Shown here in pieces: positions 62,812 to 64,000 of a stretch of 64,000 nt of DNA. The notes beneath the pieces are model-generated. The model was not told the DNA's origin. It was given only the letters and a program-made list of their open reading frames with translations, and made no database searches. Source of the DNA: Chlorokybus atmophyticus (lineage: Eukaryota > Plantae > Mesostigma and Chlorokybus algae); contig RHPI01003762.1 of NCBI GenBank assembly GCA_009103225.1, positions 1 to 64,000 of the forward strand, written 5' to 3'. Position 1 is the stretch's first letter. Each line of letters begins with the position of its first letter. A program made the position numbers and the translations under genes.

Positions 62812-64000
62812 ATGGACGAGCGCACGGACGAGGAGGAGGAGGAGGAGGAGGAGGAGGAGGAGGAGGTGGAGGGAGGGTTCAGGCTCGAGGACTTGCTGTC
62901 TTCCTCTAGCGATGATGATGATGATGACGGGGACAAGGAGGAGAAGGGGGAGGTTGGTGACGTGCTGGGTGACAGCGACCAGGAAGCGGAGGACAAGGAG
63001 GAGGCGGGGAACGTGCTGGCCTCGAAGGAGGGCGGCGATGAGGACGAGGACGAGGAGGCGGAGCACGAGTTTAAGCAAGGAGAGGATTTTATCGAGGAAC
63101 GAGTCGCTGAGGAGGAGGAGGACAAGAGGGCGGAGGATGTGGACAAGGACGAGGAGGCTAGTGCAATGCAGGTTTGTTTACCGAAACCCTATGTGGTCAG
63201 GTGTCAATCAGGTATTCGTTCCTAGTCGATACTGTTGTGACTAGTATTACTGTTGCAGTGCGATCGTATTGTGCGTACCGAAATCCAATACTAGCCGTGC
63301 ACATGCAAGCACATACCCGCACACACATGAACACGCACGCGTCCACACAAGCGCGCATGCACGCGTGCGTATACGTCCACACACGCTCGTGCATGCACAC
63401 TCATAGCTCTTAACACGCGCGCGCATGTGCACATGCATACACAGAGACACATGCGCACACACAGTCGGTTTCTCTCATCTCAAAGCCCAACAGTGCTCAG
63501 GCACCATGATGATGAGGTCACACGCTCACACTCTCTCACTCACACTCTGACACACTCTCGCACTACCACAGCCCGCATCACGCGAAGCCCAACGTTCCGA
63601 CACTCTCGAGCCCGAAGCTTCCGGCCAGACCTCGTCTTCCTGGCCAGAAGCAGCCTTACACGACGATGAACTGTATGAAGATGAAGAAGCGGAAGAGGAG
63701 GAGGAGGAGGAGGATGAAACGGATGATGATGAAGAGGATGCGGTTGAAGATGATAGTGAGTTGAGTAGAGCCGACACAACGTCAAGCCAACATGTCGAGC
63801 ACGGCAATGCGCATGCACCACAACCACCACCACCACAACAACAGGAGGAGGAGGACAAAGGCGCGGTCGCCCCGTTAGCTGCCTTGCAAGCGGTAATGCT
63901 CAAGCTGATGAACAACATACATAGACAACAACAGCAGCAACAGCAACAGCAATCACAACAACACTCTCAGGCAGAAGATGCTGAGCGTGCGCAAGCCGAG
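62812..64000 (+). CDS. Very acidic low-complexity protein, 5' part only (exon 62812-63171, next exon from about 63571, runs off the window)
   Basis: GC-rich Glu/Asp-rich ORF ending at a CAG|GTTTGT donor, with an in-frame acidic exon downstream. No family recognised. Confidence 0.65.

Noticed and set aside
1-64000. CRISPR array, tRNA, rRNA or intact transposase/reverse transcriptase
   Set aside because: I recognised no constant-repeat/unique-spacer array, no cloverleaf with A/B boxes, and no RT (YxDD) or DDE-type ORF by eye. An HMM scan could still find decayed remnants.

Overview
Eukaryotic nuclear DNA from an intron-rich draft assembly with five N-gaps (3175-3183, 3582-4023, 8444-8664, 58930-59197, 60404-60611). 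The standard genetic code is used: TOP1 ends at the canonical ...EPEYRF-TAG. CDC14, CFAP99, plastid-type genes and a CSK with the land-plant-like His->Glu change point to a flagellated green alga, most plausibly an early-diverging streptophyte; this is inference. I assembled spliced gene models by hand for V-ATPase D, CDC14, NBP35, p23, SEC61-beta, a decayed PNGase A, TOP1, MIOX, an orphan coiled-coil gene, chloroplast sensor kinase, a BMP/PnrA-type substrate-binding protein, a phytyl ester synthase-like acyltransferase, CFAP99, a NodB polysaccharide deacetylase and an acidic protein running off the right end. Repeat/TE-like DNA occupies about 1-5 kb, 24.3-26.7 kb, 32.1-33.3 kb and 36.2-41 kb. 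The most notable signals are: introns built from complementary simple repeats (TG-rich 5' part, CA-rich 3' part) with weak pyrimidine tracts; near-systematic head-to-head gene pairs (down to 72 bp between ATGs) and a convergent pair with stops about 5 bp apart; a bacterial-type BMP gene carrying introns with an in-frame UGA followed by a 62-codon Cys-rich frame; a diverged ~470-bp tandem array; and many perfect hairpins. I found no clearly new multi-gene system. Most short ORFs in the supplied track are artefacts of intronic microsatellites.
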